This document shows, piece after piece, positions 60,449-64,000 of a stretch of 64,000 bases of DNA (the stretch's first letter is position 1; the number at the start of each line of letters is the position of its first letter). The DNA is from Pseudomonadota bacterium (GTDB lineage Bacteria > Bdellovibrionota_B > Oligoflexia > Silvanigrellales > Silvanigrellaceae): NCBI GenBank assembly GCA_039799905.1, contig JBDLRP010000030.1, positions 19,577 through 83,576 on the forward strand, read 5' to 3'. A program made the translations under genes and the position numbers. Below the pieces are notes generated by a model, which saw nothing but the letters and a program-made list of their open reading frames with translations, searched no databases and was not told the DNA's origin.

Positions 60449-62038
60449 ATGAACGACGTTGCCGCCAACGCACACAAGCATCAGATTCTTCCCAAAACGA
60501 AAATTCTCTGGTCATTGTCGCAATCTTCTTTCGAACGAAAAGCACGCGGTGAATTGGCAGCGAACCTCTGCGAACTGCACGTCGACGGTCTCAGGGTAAC
60601 CGTTTCGCCAAACCTGCTGCCGCAGCTGCAAGCGCTGCGCAACGACATCTCCGCTCATCTCGGACAGGTTCAACACCGCCCGACACCATCCGGACTGATG
60701 CCTTTCGTGTGCAGTCTGGTCGGCCGCCGTGCGCGCCTGAGGGTACCCAATGGAAGCCGTGACATCGCTGCCGGCGAAACACTCACAGTTCTGCTGCGAG
60801 CCGACTACGACGCTTGCGTTCATCCATACAAACAGCCACACCCCGCAGAAGTTGAAATTGTGCTCAGTTCGGCAGACGTCGCACAAAAAATGGCTGTCGG
60901 AGCTCAGCTGACCGTTTCCTACGGACAAACCATCCTTGAGGTGACTGCCAGTGAAAGCAACGGCAACGAGCAGCGTCTGAAGGTCGTTGCATCTCAGCCG
61001 ACACAACTTCTTTCGGGAATGGACGTCCATTCAGCTCAGTTGTCTCGCCACACGCTGCCGCTGCTGCCGCAGGACGAAGAAGTGATCCGCAACAAATTCG
61101 GTGACGTGGCCGATTATGTGATCGTCAACGGTTTGCGAAGCAAAGATGAACTGCTGCAGCTCAAAGCGCGCATTCTGCCGGAAAAATCCGGACAAGGTTC
61201 GCTCCGCCATCCGAGCATTCCGGTCGGGCCAGCGGTACGCGACAGCAAAGCCGCACTGCCACCGCGCTGGATCTGGAAAGTGGATTCGCGTGAATCACTC
61301 GAACTTTTGCCAGAAGTGCTGGATTGCGTGGATGGAGTTCTGCTGAGCCGCTCCGAGCTTGGCCTGTCGGTACCACCAAACGGCCTGCCAATCGTTCAAA
61401 AAGAACTGCTTGCGCGCTGCAATCAGGCCGCAAAAATTGTCATTGTTGCTTCCGAGCTGATGTACTCAATGCGGGTCAATCCAAACCCAACGCGCGCAGA
61501 AGTCAGCGATATGGCCAACGCCGCAGCTGACGGCGCTGATGCCCTTCTGCTTGCTGAAGAAGTCACCGAAGGTCCGTTTGGTCCGCTGGTTGCGCAAATG
61601 TCGCAGGAGACGCTGGTCAACGCAGCTCCGTTTCTTGAGGCAAACTGGAATCGCGTGCAGTTTCAGGTCACATCCGACGAAGATGCAATTGCCTATGGTG
61701 CGCTGAAAGTCGCACACGAGATCGGCGCGCGCGCAATCGTCTGCCTCACCGAGGGCGGTTACACGGCGTTCCGTCTGGCCTCACTGCGCACTCCGGTTGA
61801 AGTGATCGCTGTATCATACAACGAGAACATCATGCGCCAGTTGGCTTTGGTCAATTCCGTCCGCGGCATGACCATCGACAGCACTCTGCCGTTCGATCAA
61901 ATTCTTGCCGAAACAAAAATCAAACTTCACCATTCGTTTGGCTTCAGCAAAGGCGACAAAATTGTTTTTGTATCACTGACTGCGTCGAGCGTTTCGGCAC
62001 GCAACTCGAACATCTTCACTGTTCAGGAAATCGACTGA
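60449..62038 (+). CDS. Pyruvate kinase-like protein, divergent active site
   Basis: KTKI; DGVLLSRSELG; VQK; PTRAEVSDMANA..DGADALLL; C-terminal LTEGGYTA and GDKIV. Confidence 0.8.
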   Translation: MNDVAANAHKHQILPKTKILWSLSQSSFERKARGELAANLCELHVDGLRVTVSPNLLPQLQALRNDISAHLGQVQHRPTPSGLMPFVCSLVGRRARLRVPNGSRDIAAGETLTVLLRADYDACVHPYKQPHPAEVEIVLSSADVAQKMAVGAQLTVSYGQTILEVTASESNGNEQRLKVVASQPTQLLSGMDVHSAQLSRHTLPLLPQDEEVIRNKFGDVADYVIVNGLRSKDELLQLKARILPEKSGQGSLRHPSIPVGPAVRDSKAALPPRWIWKVDSRESLELLPEVLDCVDGVLLSRSELGLSVPPNGLPIVQKELLARCNQAAKIVIVASELMYSMRVNPNPTRAEVSDMANAAADGADALLLAEEVTEGPFGPLVAQMSQETLVNAAPFLEANWNRVQFQVTSDEDAIAYGALKVAHEIGARAIVCLTEGGYTAFRLASLRTPVEVIAVSYNENIMRQLALVNSVRGMTIDSTLPFDQILAETKIKLHHSFGFSKGDKIVFVSLTASSVSARNSNIFTVQEID

Positions 62039-62391
62039 ACAGGACCCATCTCGCCACGCAGGCGGCGCTCTTCGATACGTTGCAGTTTGCTCTGCACTGA
62101 ACCTTCGAGCGTCACTCCGCGCGCGTTACAGTAATTCATAAGCGCAATAAAAACATCGGCAGCCTCATCGGCAATGTGCTGCGGGTCGATGTTTGCGTTG
62201 GGATCGCGCCAAAGCTTTTTCTCAAGATTTGCCAACTCCCCGCATTCGCCTGCGAGTTCGAGCGCAAAAAAAGACGCGCTCCGCTGCCCGAAGGCGCGGA
62301 GCTGATAGTCCATGAATGACTGTTGCGTCTGTTCGAGACCCTGCACCTGAGGAGGCACGAGCGGTGCAGGTTTTTTGCCTTCAGCGGTCAC
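62023..62391 (-). CDS. MazG-like nucleotide pyrophosphohydrolase
   Basis: LAGECGELAN...DEAADV (ExxE...ExxD). Confidence 0.85.
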   Translation of the reverse strand: MTAEGKKPAPLVPPQVQGLEQTQQSFMDYQLRAFGQRSASFFALELAGECGELANLEKKLWRDPNANIDPQHIADEAADVFIALMNYCNARGVTLEGSVQSKLQRIEERRLRGEMGPVQSIS

Positions 62392-63329
62392 AGAAAGCCC
62401 TTGGTGATGTTCATCAGTTCGACGTTGGCCGCCACTGATTTCTTGAAGGCTTCGCTTTCGGACGGGCTGAGTTCGAACTGATAAATTTTCTCGACGCCTT
62501 TGTTGGTCAGCTTGACGGGAACTCCGACAAAACAGTCGCTCACGCCAAATTCGCCTTTGAGTTCAACCGAACAGGGAAGAACGCGGCCCTGGTTGCGAAC
62601 AATCGCCTCAACCATCAGCGCAGTACCGGAGCCCGGCGCAAGCCAAGCCGATGTGCCAATCAGCCCAGTCAATTCGGCGCCACCTTTTTTGGTGCGCTCG
62701 ACAACGTCATTGATCTGTTCTGCTGTCAGCATCTTGTTGAGCGGCACGCCGCCGACCATTGCTGTAGAGATGACTGGCACCATGTCTTTGTCGGTATGCG
62801 CTCCCAAAACGATTGCATGCACATCTTCAACCGACGCTCCGGTTGCGAGAGCGATATTGGTGCGGAAGCGCGCGGAGTCGAGCGTTCCTGCCGAACCGAT
62901 CACGCGCTCACGCGGAAAGCCAGTCACCTGTTTTGCAACGTAGACCATTGCATCGAGTGGATTGGAAACGACAATGAGAATCGAATTTGGTGCAAACTTC
63001 TTCACGTTCTGACAGATTTCTTTGACGATTCCGGCATTGATGTTGACGAGCTCTTCGCGGCTCTGGCCGGGTTTGCGCGGCACCCCGGCGGTCATCACAA
63101 CGACATCGGCATCCTGCATGAGAGCAGGATCGCTGCCGGCTGTAAATGCGTTGTTGAATCCTTCAAACGGACCGCATTGGGTGAGGTCGAGTCCGCGGCC
63201 TTTGGCCACATCGCCCTTAAGGTCAATTAAAACGAGCTCGCCCAATTCTTTGGTCGCGGCCCAATGAGCAACCGCTGCACCCACATTTCCACCCGCACCT
63301 ACAATCGCAATCTTTGGACGCTTCACCAT
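62388..63329 (-). CDS. mdh: Malate dehydrogenase (LDH-like)
   Basis: GAGGNVG, TAGVPRKPGQSREEL, SNPLD, LDSARF, GAH. Confidence 0.93.
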   Translation of the reverse strand: MVKRPKIAIVGAGGNVGAAVAHWAATKELGELVLIDLKGDVAKGRGLDLTQCGPFEGFNNAFTAGSDPALMQDADVVVMTAGVPRKPGQSREELVNINAGIVKEICQNVKKFAPNSILIVVSNPLDAMVYVAKQVTGFPRERVIGSAGTLDSARFRTNIALATGASVEDVHAIVLGAHTDKDMVPVISTAMVGGVPLNKMLTAEQINDVVERTKKGGAELTGLIGTSAWLAPGSGTALMVEAIVRNQGRVLPCSVELKGEFGVSDCFVGVPVKLTNKGVEKIYQFELSPSESEAFKKSVAANVELMNITKGFL

Positions 63330-63353
63330 GGTCGATACTCCCCTGTGTTTGAA

Positions 63354-64000
63354 TTAAGCTTTGTCGGCAATAAAAAGTCTCGTTGCTCCCGAGAGCCACA
63401 TCTGCTGTTTCACGTTTATAAACCCAATCCCTGCGAGTGTCTGGGCAAACGCTTCAGCACTCGGCATACTTCCGACCGACGCGGGCAAATATTGGTACGC
63501 GTCCCGATCCGAAATGAGGCCGCCCAACTTGGGCAGCACATTCTTAAAATAAAAATCGAAAGCTTTGCCAAACAGTGTACTGTGGGGTTGGAAAAACTCC
63601 AAAACCATCAGACGCCCCCCCGGCTTGAGAACACGATGCATTTCCCGCAGCGCCTGCTCTCGGTTGTCGACGTTGCGAAGGCCAAACGCGATTGTCACAG
63701 CATTTGCACTGGCCGCGTCGGCCGGAAGTGCCTCTGCGGACGCTTGTGTGAACGTGCAGCGCAGGTTTCTCTTGCGCATCCATTTTCCGAGTTCAGGCCG
63801 ACTTTCGCCACGGCGAAGCATCTCAAAAGAAATGTCGAACCCGCGCAGCTCGGCATAGTCGGGACGAGCGCGCGCTACGGCGATCATCACATCACCAGTT
63901 CCGCAGGCGACATCAAAAAGCACTCCCTGTCTGTCGGGTAATGTCGGCAACTGGGCGACAAGCGCTTTTCTCCAGCGCACGTCCTGACGCGCACTGAGCA
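63354..64000 (-). CDS. ubiE: UbiE/MenG C-methyltransferase (5' part lies beyond the window)
   Basis: RWR, DVACGTGD, IAFGLRNV, RVLKPGG, AYQYLPASV. Confidence 0.92.
   Translation of the reverse strand, partial: LSARQDVRWRKALVAQLPTLPDRQGVLFDVACGTGDVMIAVARARPDYAELRGFDISFEMLRRGESRPELGKWMRKRNLRCTFTQASAEALPADAASANAVTIAFGLRNVDNREQALREMHRVLKPGGRLMVLEFFQPHSTLFGKAFDFYFKNVLPKLGGLISDRDAYQYLPASVGSMPSAEAFAQTLAGIGFINVKQQMWLSGATRLFIADKA

Overview
Chromosomal, gene-dense bacterial window with about 60 CDS and 3 single tRNAs (Arg-CCT, Thr-GGT, Pro-CGG). I found no rRNA, CRISPR array, integrase or transposase. Housekeeping genes (rpsT, rpsP, prmA, HU, eno, nadA, lon, nrdJ, prc, fur, mdh, ubiE) are interleaved with many orphan lipoproteins, Tat substrates and beta-barrels. 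That style suggests a Bdellovibrionota/Oligoflexia-like organism (inference only). Main leads: (1) a coupled operon with a rhomboid protease followed by two subtilase lipoproteins that share an unusual Cys-containing C-terminal sorting-like tail, a candidate new rhomboid/CTERM sorting system; (2) a CheA-CheW-MCP operon whose CheA appears to lack the phospho-His and ATP-binding boxes; (3) a cytochrome c plus two Tat proteins, one with a superoxide-reductase-like His4 site where Asp replaces Cys; (4) a recurrent sigma28-like promoter motif before about 11 non-flagellar genes; (5) a DnaC/IstB-like ATPase with a small partner, and a strongly remodelled pyruvate kinase. All calls are by-eye motif recognition; no database searches were run. 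Several starts were moved from the ORF track to codons with better RBS or overlap support.
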